From assembly GCA_964405335.1 (NCBI GenBank), contig CAYONP010000017.1:8570-72569 (forward strand): a DNA stretch of 64,000 nucleotides. The letters run 5' to 3'. The notes beneath the pieces were generated by a model that was not told the DNA's origin, ran no database searches, and saw only the letters and a list, made by a program, of their open reading frames with translations. Numbering within the stretch: the stretch's first letter is position 1; each line of letters begins with the position of its first letter. This DNA comes from an uncultured Fimbriimonadaceae bacterium. GTDB lineage: Bacteria; Armatimonadota; UBA10988. The position numbers and the translations under genes are program-made. This document shows positions 35,601-42,337 of the stretch, one piece after another.

Positions 35601-36071
35601 GGCTTCGGCTTCGCCTGGCTGGCCGGCTCGCTCATCCTGATCGACCTGGCCAACCACGGACGCGACGAGTTGGCGTTCTACCGTTCGCTCGATCTCTATG
35701 TCGCGCCGATCGGGCTCTATCTGCTGCTGGCCGTCGAGCAGCGGGCGAGCGACCCGCTGCTGGTCCGCCGCTCGGCGGTGCTGATGATCCTCGGCTCGCT
35801 GCTCATCGCGGCCTTCGCGGCAACCTCGCCGTGGCACGATGTGGCCTTCTTCTGCTGCATCGCGGCGGCGGCCTGGTTCGGCGTCCAGCGCACCGATCCG
35901 GTCGTCCGCGCCGCCGGGCTGGCGGCCTTCGCGCTCTACCTGGTCGGCTTTGTCTGGCAATACAAGGCGGCCAGCCGCTGGCTGCTCATCCCCGTGCTGC
36001 TGCTCCTCGGCGGCGTGGCCATCGGCTACGCGCTGTGGCGCGAGCGCGAGGAGCGGGCAGGGGAGGGATAA
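32625..36071 (+). CDS. giant polytopic membrane protein with N-terminal zinc ribbon
   Basis: 1148 aa. It starts with CPRCRAVLPAVRCPVCRE and a Pro-rich linker. About 25-30 hydrophobic helices then run to the C-terminus. The architecture recalls DUF2339/SCO7613-type proteins (tentative). Confidence 0.75.
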   Translation: MSTVTTAVPPVCPRCRAVLPAVRCPVCREAGHLDYLLAELADCANRGRIPRAEADALLADYQQRREALLAPPPLEFELPAAPPPTQLRPTAPPEPAAGPTEWQRLVSATGQLGWLYAVGVMFIVAALGWLVLTSLGTPLGRWILALVVLGLAAGFWAGGWHVSQRLGLRTGGEALLAVGTLLVPAGLFAAKFAVGLGGPAADAAIWLAAALLAAVAVRRGRLASQLALANLLAVPALYRLAGLLWPAAPGPACAAALPLLAGVDVWASARCRRAGDEWQPLVTAARWSASLVAALAAMLLLSTSGTVGPELFGALLLGASLMALAHEMERPELVALAAGTWYLASVARLEPGSEAIVAVMLLAAGAAVRRNERFDQWTSGCAMAVSALMILRWLPEYLVRDVSPLSALACWLLAAAYAAMAWVWRRRQLLAAAVVVATVAALMSTAAFGLGRAFNPTLLALLAGAVMLAAAGVKAEWDGLPVAQALAPRALTPLVIGLLSGAVAWQTEPSGLVLPAGLILLTAASFVLSYQMRRREVLYLAVVHGALAGLIIADSLPIDIDPAFAMALWAAALVAAAMLADDHLQPLEVSGVILASLAGVLVLGTVLVSGASPSELAAMLVIAALMAVPTLPRLAPRSHLPELLELGFRPWAALLAVAGAAACASLLLGAGPGLGAAAAALAMALVSRSQPVGPWPTVLPRASLAVALAACLDVGSDAPWTLLLSQAALLLAGRWTEAGPIAGLVAWLYFRAGQAFGLDPQWGRALAVDASLGIAYLALIGRSQAAPACGAVVLASAHAALGGWLGVEAVDLWFGLYVVAMIVVGMAVERRDATAAGGVCAVAGLAAVGTVAGAVAAERVVEANLLLYGYTALLGLLTWLRGLPPRAVLSLGTVALAYSCWTVAVPSEGLSLTEFGARLAVVVLNQAFLAAALRGSPTWCRQLLEIASVVAVLSLVAMFAPADRPTVYGLAALCAASLTSTWTTGDRRLNDLGFGFAWLAGSLILIDLANHGRDELAFYRSLDLYVAPIGLYLLLAVEQRASDPLLVRRSAVLMILGSLLIAAFAATSPWHDVAFFCCIAAAAWFGVQRTDPVVRAAGLAAFALYLVGFVWQYKAASRWLLIPVLLLLGGVAIGYALWREREERAGEG

Positions 36072-36152
36072 GCGATTGAATTCGTTGCCCGCGTGGGAAC
36101 CTCCGGCCGACCGGCGTCTCATTGCGGACAACTCTCCCCGGAGGTATGAACG

Positions 36153-36512
36153 ATGAAGCGAACGCTGGTGTTGCTGTCCCTGTTTGCGGTACCGCTGGCG
36201 GCCGACGCCGCGACGGTCATGCTCCCGGCGCTGCCCGGCTACCACGAGGCCGGCGCCTGGAACAAGCGCCCGCCGCGGACGTTTCCCAAGGCGGCCGTGA
36301 CGCTGACCATGACCCAGGCCGAGGCCCCGATTGAGGCCGGCGCCTGGAACAAGCGCCCGCCGCGGCGGCCGTTCGACGGCGCCGCCGGCGCCGTCGGGCT
36401 GTCGTTGGCCGCCGGTCTGGTCGAGGCCGGCGCCTGGAACAAGCGCCCGCCGCGCAACTTCTGCGACTGCACCGGCTGCGAACACTGCCGGCCGGGCTGC
36501 CGTTGCCAATAG
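36153..36512 (+). CDS. small secreted protein with three EAGAWNKRPPR repeats and a 6-Cys C-terminal tail
   Basis: GGAGG lies 7 nt upstream of ATG 36153. The Sec signal is MKRTLVLLSLFAVPLAADA. Three in-frame repeats sit 29 and 30 codons apart. The C-terminus is NFCDCTGCEHCRPGCRCQ. Confidence 0.7.
   Translation: MKRTLVLLSLFAVPLAADAATVMLPALPGYHEAGAWNKRPPRTFPKAAVTLTMTQAEAPIEAGAWNKRPPRRPFDGAAGAVGLSLAAGLVEAGAWNKRPPRNFCDCTGCEHCRPGCRCQ
36246..36455 (+). repeat. three 33-nt direct repeats inside the small ORF
   Basis: GAGGCCGGCGCCTGGAACAAGCGCCCGCCGCG(G/C) occurs at 36246-36278, 36333-36365 and 36423-36455. 32 of 33 nt are identical in all three copies. The 54- and 57-nt intervening sequences are unrelated. 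Confidence 0.95.
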
Positions 36513-36526
36513 CCCCGTCCCCCACC

Positions 36527-36561
36527 GACACCGCCCGGCGCCTCCCCCGCCGGGCGGTGTC
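36527..36561. terminator. bidirectional hairpin between convergent small ORF and serpin operon
   Basis: GACACCGCCCGGCG-CCTCCCC-CGCCGGGCGGTGTC, a 14-bp perfect stem. It lies between the stops at 36512 (+) and 36576 (-). No U-run on either side. Confidence 0.55.
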
Positions 36562-36575
36562 ACGTCTGCCCGCCG

Positions 36576-37802
36576 CTACGGCGCGGTGACCCGCCCGCAG
36601 AACAGGATCAGCCCACTCGCGCGCTCGCGGATGAGGTAGAGGAACGGGCGATTGAGCGTCACCTCAACCAGGCCGGGCGTCGGGAGCGAGAGGGAATCCG
36701 TGGCGGACATCGTCGCCGCGGCCGCCTCGGTGCCCTGCTCATTGACGGCGATCCAGGTCTGCTGGTAGATTCGGTCAGCAACCATGCCGGCGCGCTCGGC
36801 GATGCCGCTGTAGTCCGCGCCGTCGCCCAGCGGCAGACCCATGCCTTCGACGAGGTTGTGCACCGAGGTGCGCGTTTCCCACTTCGGCATAGCCAGCCGC
36901 GCTGGCATCGTCTCGAGCGAGCCGATGAGCTGGTCGAGCCTCGCCAGGTCGAGCCCCTCCTCCCACTGCGCGAACTTGCCCGGGCCGGGCGCGACGATGG
37001 TCATCGCCAGCTTGCCGCCCAGATACGGGAGCTCCAGCACCTCGGTGTCGACCGCGCGCGCGTACGCCAGGCTGCCTTCGTGGTGCATCATCGGCACCTG
37101 CCGGACGACGCCCGCGAGGGTGGTGAACGGCCCGGACTGGGTCATCTCCACCGCGAACTCGTCCTGCCACGGCGCCAGCAGGCAGGCGGCGTTGGCCAGC
37201 ACAACCCACGGGATGCCATCACCAAAGCCCTCGGCCAGGTCGGTAATCCGACCATCGGTCGCCTCGCTGGCCCAGTCGTTGATCGCCGTGGTGAGAGCGT
37301 CGAGGTCGCTCATCTCGACGCGGTACAAGGGTGAGCCGAAGTGCGTGGCAATCAGACGCTCGAACTCCGGTTTGACCGGCACCCGCCGGTCGATCCAGCC
37401 GGCGCAGACCAAGCGCAGATCGAGGTCGGCAGCGGCGCGCTTGATGGTCTGGCTCAGCCCCGACACCGCCGCCGGCAGCGCCTCGGGCGCCTGCATGAGG
37501 TGCATGGCCTGTGCGAGCTGCGCGGCCGTCTCGCCGCGCGCGCCGGTGTAGATCATCGCCAGCGTCATCCACAAGCTGATCGGTGAGATGACGCAGTTGT
37601 CCTGACCCTCGTCCAGGCGCCGATAGGCGTCGAGCGCGAAGCGGTTGGCCGAGGTGACCAGCAGTTCGGGCTCGACGACTGCCGCGGCAGGCGGCGGTGG
37701 CGGCGGGCTCGGCGCAATAGCCGGCGGCGGCTCGGGCCGGTGCCCACAGGCCGACAGGGCCAGGCAGAGCAGAGCGCTGGTGGAGCGGATCAACATGCTC
37801 AT
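36576..37802 (-). CDS. serpin family lipoprotein (S1; canonical inhibitory hinge)
   Basis: Lipobox LALSAC and a Pro-rich linker. Serpin body: NCVISPISLWMTLAMIYTGARGETAAQL. The hinge plus RCL is EQGTEAAAATMSATDSLSLPTPG, followed by NRPFLYLIRERASGLILFCGRV. The start may instead be the ATG at 37796. Confidence 0.9.
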   Translation of the reverse strand: MSMLIRSTSALLCLALSACGHRPEPPPAIAPSPPPPPPAAAVVEPELLVTSANRFALDAYRRLDEGQDNCVISPISLWMTLAMIYTGARGETAAQLAQAMHLMQAPEALPAAVSGLSQTIKRAAADLDLRLVCAGWIDRRVPVKPEFERLIATHFGSPLYRVEMSDLDALTTAINDWASEATDGRITDLAEGFGDGIPWVVLANAACLLAPWQDEFAVEMTQSGPFTTLAGVVRQVPMMHHEGSLAYARAVDTEVLELPYLGGKLAMTIVAPGPGKFAQWEEGLDLARLDQLIGSLETMPARLAMPKWETRTSVHNLVEGMGLPLGDGADYSGIAERAGMVADRIYQQTWIAVNEQGTEAAAATMSATDSLSLPTPGLVEVTLNRPFLYLIRERASGLILFCGRVTAP

Positions 37803-39010
37803 CTCCCGAGGTCCGACGTGTCGGTCGGGCGAGTGACCCGCCCGCAGAACAGGATCAGCCCACTCGCGCGCTCGCGGATGAAGTAGAGGAATGGGCGATT
37901 GAGGGTGACGGTCACCTCGTTGGCGTTCATCTCCGCCTTCCTCGCCGCGAAAAGCGAGAACGACAAGGCCTTCGTGCCCTGCTCATCGACCTGGATCCAG
38001 GACTGCTGGTAGAGCAATGGCGGGGCCAGAGCCTGGTCGGTGATGCCGGTCAAGTCGTACCGATCGCGCAGGGGCAGCTTGAGCTCGCCGATCAGGTCTT
38101 GCCGCGTGGTCCGCGTCTCCCACCTCGGCATGGCCAGCCGCACATGCACCGACTCAAGTTTGCCGATGAGCCGGGTGAGCGTCGCTTCATCCAGCTTCTT
38201 TTCCCACGCGGCGAACTTGCCCTTGTCGGGCGCGACGATGGTCATCGCCAGTTTGCCGCCGCGATAGGGCAGCTCCACCACATCCGCGTCAACCGCCCGC
38301 ACATAGGCCAGGTCGCCCGCCTGGTGCATCATCGGCACCTGTTCGACCGGCCCGGCGAGAGTGTAGAACGGCTCCTCGCGCGTCTGCTTCGCGTCGAAGT
38401 CGTCGGCCCACTTGGCAACCAGATAGGCGGCGTTGGCGAGGACAACAGTAGTCGCCCGATCCGGGCGGACGTCTGCTGCCACGTGGGTGATCCGGCCCTT
38501 GGTGGCGCGGCGCGCCCAGCGGTCGATCGAGGGGCTGAGCGCGGCCAGGTCTCCGCCCCGGTAGCGCTGCACGCGCGCGCCGAAGTGGGCGCGAATCTGC
38601 CGCTCGTAGTCGGGCTTGACCGGCAGCCCGCGCTCGAACCACACCGCGCAGGCGAGCCGCAGATCGACCTTGGTGGCCGCCTCGCGGAGCAGCGGGTCGA
38701 GCCCCGCCACCGCCGCCGGCAGCTCGTCGGGCGCCTGCGTGAGGTGCATGGCCTTTGCGAGCTGAGCGGCCGTCTCGCCCCGCGCACCGGTGTAGACCAT
38801 CGCCAGCGTCATCCACAAGCTGATCGGTGAGATGACGCAGTTGTCCTGACCCTTCTCCAGGCGCCGATAGGCGTCGAGCGCGAACCGGTTGGCCGAGGTG
38901 ACCAGCGGCTCGGGCTCCGCCGGCAGCGGAACGACCACCGGCGGTGGCTCGGGCTTGCCGCAGGCAACCAGCGCAAGGCAGAGCAGACCACATGCAGTGC
39001 GGGTTACCAT
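37799..39010 (-). CDS. serpin family lipoprotein (S2)
   Basis: Lipobox LALVAC. The body is nearly identical to S1 in places (VTSANRFALDAYRRLEKGQDNCVISPISLWMTLAMVYTGARGETAAQL). The RCL is EQGTKALSFSLFAARKAEMNANE, followed by NRPFLYFIRERASGLILFCGRV. ATGA overlap with the S1 start. Confidence 0.85.
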   Translation of the reverse strand: MVTRTACGLLCLALVACGKPEPPPVVVPLPAEPEPLVTSANRFALDAYRRLEKGQDNCVISPISLWMTLAMVYTGARGETAAQLAKAMHLTQAPDELPAAVAGLDPLLREAATKVDLRLACAVWFERGLPVKPDYERQIRAHFGARVQRYRGGDLAALSPSIDRWARRATKGRITHVAADVRPDRATTVVLANAAYLVAKWADDFDAKQTREEPFYTLAGPVEQVPMMHQAGDLAYVRAVDADVVELPYRGGKLAMTIVAPDKGKFAAWEKKLDEATLTRLIGKLESVHVRLAMPRWETRTTRQDLIGELKLPLRDRYDLTGITDQALAPPLLYQQSWIQVDEQGTKALSFSLFAARKAEMNANEVTVTLNRPFLYFIRERASGLILFCGRVTRPTDTSDLGR

Positions 39011-40257
39011 GCTCGTCTCGGTAGTTCCTTCGGATCGATCGGGCGTGTGACCTGGCCGCAGAACAGCACGGCGCCGGTCGTGCGGTCACGGATGAGGAAC
39101 AAAAACGGCCGGTCGATATGGACCTGGACGGGCATCGCCTGAGTCAGGCCCATGGTGAGCAGTGCCGCCGCGGCGACGGCGACGGTGGTGCGCTGTTCAT
39201 CGACGCTGATCACCGCTATGCTCAGCACGTCGGCAACCCAATCACCCCGGCTGCCGCGGATGCCCGAAAAGTCGGCCGGCGCGAAGATCGGGCCGAGGCC
39301 GAGCGCGGTCAGTGGCTCCTTCAGCGCCGACTCGCTCGCGAAGCTGAACCGGGGCAGCTTGAGCTCGACCTTGACCTCCTCGAGCAGGCCCATCCACTCC
39401 GCCACTTCGTCCGGCGCCAGCCGCTCGCGGACCGCGACGAAGCAGCCCGGGTCGGGCACGATCAGCAGCATCGCCACCTCGCCGCCCACGTAGGGCAGCT
39501 CGACCAGATGCGCCTCGCGGACGCGGAGGTAGGCGCAGTCGATCGCTTCGCTCATCATCGGCACGTTGTAGTCCGCGCCGCTGAGCGGGTGAAACGGCTC
39601 GTCGTAGGTATTGCCGTGGAACGGGTGCTCCCACGGCGCGTCGAGGTAGGCCGCTTGGAGCAGGACAAGAAAGGTATCGTCATCCAGCGCCCCGCGCGGG
39701 ACCAGGTCGCGGACCAGGCCCTCGGTCCGCGCCTCGGCCCAGGCGTTCATCGCCCGGCGGCCCGATTCGCGGCTGAGGTCGGCGGCATACCAGCCCGCGC
39801 CGTAGTGCCGCTTGAGCAGGTCGAGGAACCCCGGCAGGAACGGCTGGTCGTCGCGCGCCCAGCCCGAACAGGCCAGCCGGAGCACGAGGCTGCCGCGGCC
39901 GCGCTCGGCCAACGCCGCGTCGAGCGCCCCGCAGGCAGCGTGGTGGCGGTCGTCGGGCAGTGCAATGCCCAGCGCGGAGCGCATCACCTCGGCGGTCTCG
40001 CCCCGCGCGCCGGCGTAGACCATCGACAGCACCTGCGCCGTGCTGTAGGGCGAGAGCAGCAGGTTGTCGTCGTCCGCGGCCGCCTGGAGCAGCTTTAGCC
40101 CGAAGGCATTGTGGCTCTGCGCGACCGATTCGACGTCGGCCGCCGGCGCTGTGCGCCGGGTTCGCACGGGCGAGGTGACCGGCTGCGGTCCGGTGCGCTC
40201 GCCCGGCCGACCGCAGGCAACCAGCATCAGGCAGCACAGCAACCCCACTGAGCGCAT
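39004..40257 (-). CDS. serpin family lipoprotein (S3)
   Basis: Lipobox LMLVAC. Serpin body: LLLSPYSTAQVLSMVYAGARGETAEVM. The RCL is EQRTTVAVAAAALLTMGLTQAMP, followed by DRPFLFLIRDRTTGAVLFCGQV. 7-nt overlap with the S2 start; GGGAGG RBS. Confidence 0.85.
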   Translation of the reverse strand: MRSVGLLCCLMLVACGRPGERTGPQPVTSPVRTRRTAPAADVESVAQSHNAFGLKLLQAAADDDNLLLSPYSTAQVLSMVYAGARGETAEVMRSALGIALPDDRHHAACGALDAALAERGRGSLVLRLACSGWARDDQPFLPGFLDLLKRHYGAGWYAADLSRESGRRAMNAWAEARTEGLVRDLVPRGALDDDTFLVLLQAAYLDAPWEHPFHGNTYDEPFHPLSGADYNVPMMSEAIDCAYLRVREAHLVELPYVGGEVAMLLIVPDPGCFVAVRERLAPDEVAEWMGLLEEVKVELKLPRFSFASESALKEPLTALGLGPIFAPADFSGIRGSRGDWVADVLSIAVISVDEQRTTVAVAAAALLTMGLTQAMPVQVHIDRPFLFLIRDRTTGAVLFCGQVTRPIDPKELPRRAW

Positions 40258-40269
40258 GGCGCACCTCCC

Positions 40270-41586
40270 TCAGCCGCTCGGGTCGACCACTCGGCCGAGC
40301 AGCAGCACCGCGCCCGTCGGCCGGTGCCAGACGACATAGACGAACGGCCGGTCGACGACCAGGTCGAAGGGCTCGCCGGGATCCGATACACCGCACTCGG
40401 CCGCCACCCCATAGCCGGCGGTGACCACCCGCGCCACGGTGCCGTGCTCGTCGACCTTCAGCCGCCCGCGCTGCAGCACGCTCTGGAGCCAGACCTGCGT
40501 CGGCTCGTCGGGATCGTGGCGCCGGCGGAGAATATTCGGCAGAGCTGCCTGCCGCCAGAGGAAGAGCGTGTGCAGGCCGGCCGCCTCCAGTGGCTCATCC
40601 AGCCGCAGGTCGAGCTGCTGCTCCCAGCGCGGCATGGTCAGGTTGCCGTGGCGCGGCTGCAGGTTGGTCAGCACCGTCCGCAGGCCGCCGCCGGCGAGCG
40701 CCTCCTCGGCGGCGGGCAGGCCGCCGGCGTCGGGCACAATCAACACCATGGCCAGCTCGCCGTCGCGATAGGGCAGCTCGACCACGTGCGACGCGAAGGC
40801 CCGCAGGTAACGGAACGACCGCCCACCGCCCGACAGGTCGGTGGCGCGCATCATCGGTACCGTGACCGGCCGACCGGCGAGGCGGTGGAAGGCCCGCAAG
40901 TCATCCTTCTCGCCGAACTGGTTCGACCAGCGCGCCGTCAGGTCGAGCAGGCTGACGATGACGAAGCCGACGTCGTGCTGGGGCAGCGTCGGTTGTTCGA
41001 TCACCGGCAGCAGCTTCTGCTCGCTCGCGAAGTCGGTGATTTCGCCGCCGGTCAGCTCGGCCACGTGCTGGCTCAGCTCGACCGCCAGACCGGCCTCGCC
41101 GGTCGACTGCAGCGGCACGAACCGGTCGCCGAAGGCACGCTTGAACGCCCGCGCGTACGACGGCGCGACCTCGACATAAGGGCCGATGCAGAACTCGCTC
41201 GACCAGGAGAGCCTGGTCGCCAGCTCGTCGTCGCGACTCTTGTCGATCCCGCCCAGCGCACGCTCGATGTCGCCGACGGCGTGGTACCAGTCGGCCGGCT
41301 CCAGCGTGCGGCCGAGCACGCGGTCGAGCTCGGCGGCGGTCTCGCCGACCGCGCCGAGGCGCACCCGGGCCAGCGCGGTGGCCACGCTGAACGGCGCGAC
41401 GAGCGCGTTGCCGTCGCACGCGGGAAAGGTCTGCCGAAACAGCGCCGCGGAGAAGTCGCACAGCCCGGCGCCGACGGCGGGCATGGCGGTCAGCGGCGGA
41501 GCCGGCTCGGCACGCCGCCGCAGCGCAGCCGGCCGGCCGCACCCGCAGACCAGGCAAACCAGCACGCTCGCGAGACATCGTCGCAT
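40270..41586 (-). CDS. serpin family lipoprotein (S4, most divergent)
   Basis: Lipobox LVCGC. Serpin body: ALVAPFSVATALARVRLGAVGETAAEL. The RCL is EHGTVARVVTAGYGVAAECGVSDPGEP, followed by DRPFVYVVWHRPTGAVLLLGRV. GGGAG RBS. Confidence 0.8.
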   Translation of the reverse strand: MRRCLASVLVCLVCGCGRPAALRRRAEPAPPLTAMPAVGAGLCDFSAALFRQTFPACDGNALVAPFSVATALARVRLGAVGETAAELDRVLGRTLEPADWYHAVGDIERALGGIDKSRDDELATRLSWSSEFCIGPYVEVAPSYARAFKRAFGDRFVPLQSTGEAGLAVELSQHVAELTGGEITDFASEQKLLPVIEQPTLPQHDVGFVIVSLLDLTARWSNQFGEKDDLRAFHRLAGRPVTVPMMRATDLSGGGRSFRYLRAFASHVVELPYRDGELAMVLIVPDAGGLPAAEEALAGGGLRTVLTNLQPRHGNLTMPRWEQQLDLRLDEPLEAAGLHTLFLWRQAALPNILRRRHDPDEPTQVWLQSVLQRGRLKVDEHGTVARVVTAGYGVAAECGVSDPGEPFDLVVDRPFVYVVWHRPTGAVLLLGRVVDPSG

Positions 41587-41707
41587 AACCCAACTCCCTC
41601 GCTCGGTGACCTGCCCGCTTGTTACCCCTTACGCCGATGCGACAATCATCGCGCAGCCATTCGCGCTGCCGGCGCGCCTCCTTCCTCGCGGCCGCCGCCG
41701 ACCGATA

Positions 41708-42310
41708 ATGGTCTCCGGCCGTGGAGCACCGCTCATGCTCGTCCGACGCTCGCTCCGACTGCTGCCTGTTCTGATTGCCGCCGTCGCGGCGCTGGCCGCG
41801 CCGACGCAGTGGCGGGTCGACCCGAACCACTCCGGACTCGTCTTCCGCGTCGGCCACCTCGGCTTCAGCCACGTCCACGGGCGGTTCAACACGTTCGAGG
41901 CCGAAGTGATGATCGATGACGAGCGGCCCGAGGAGAGCAGCGTCAAGCTGACGGTCGACGCGGCGAGCATCGACACGGGCATCGAGCGGCGCGACGAGCG
42001 GCTGCGCGGCGAGATGTTCTTCCAGGTCGACCAGCACCCCGAAGTGACCTTCGTGAGCACGAAAATCGAGGCGACCGCCGAGCGCGAGTACGAAGTGACC
42101 GGCGACCTGACCATCCTCGGCGTGACCCGTCCGGTGACCGCCAAGGTGACCCGCGGCAAGACCGGCCCGGCCGGCCGCGACGAGATTCACACCGGTTTCG
42201 AAGCGACGCTGAGCATCGACCGCACGGAGTTCGGGATGAACGCCATGCCCGAGGTGGTCGCCAACCAGGTCGACCTGACCTGGTCGGTGGAACTCATCCA
42301 GCAGCCGTAG
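41708..42310 (+). CDS. YceI family periplasmic protein
   Basis: WRVDPNHSGLVFRVGHLGFSHVHGRFNTFEAEV and LTILGVTRPV are YceI-like. The start is ATG 41708 or 41735. The upstream part of track ORF 41186..42310 is junk. Confidence 0.85.
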   Translation: MVSGRGAPLMLVRRSLRLLPVLIAAVAALAAPTQWRVDPNHSGLVFRVGHLGFSHVHGRFNTFEAEVMIDDERPEESSVKLTVDAASIDTGIERRDERLRGEMFFQVDQHPEVTFVSTKIEATAEREYEVTGDLTILGVTRPVTAKVTRGKTGPAGRDEIHTGFEATLSIDRTEFGMNAMPEVVANQVDLTWSVELIQQP

Positions 42311-42337
42311 CCCTTGACGGCCCCTGATCGCCTCCCG

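Noticed and set aside
36246-36455. Three 33-nt direct repeats with 54- and 57-nt unique spacers, which a CRISPR finder might flag as a mini-array.
   Set aside because: The repeat periods (87 and 90 nt) are multiples of three. The repeats lie in frame inside an ORF that has a good RBS, a Sec signal peptide and a Cys-rich end. The spacers are longer than typical, there are only three repeats, and no cas genes or leader are nearby.
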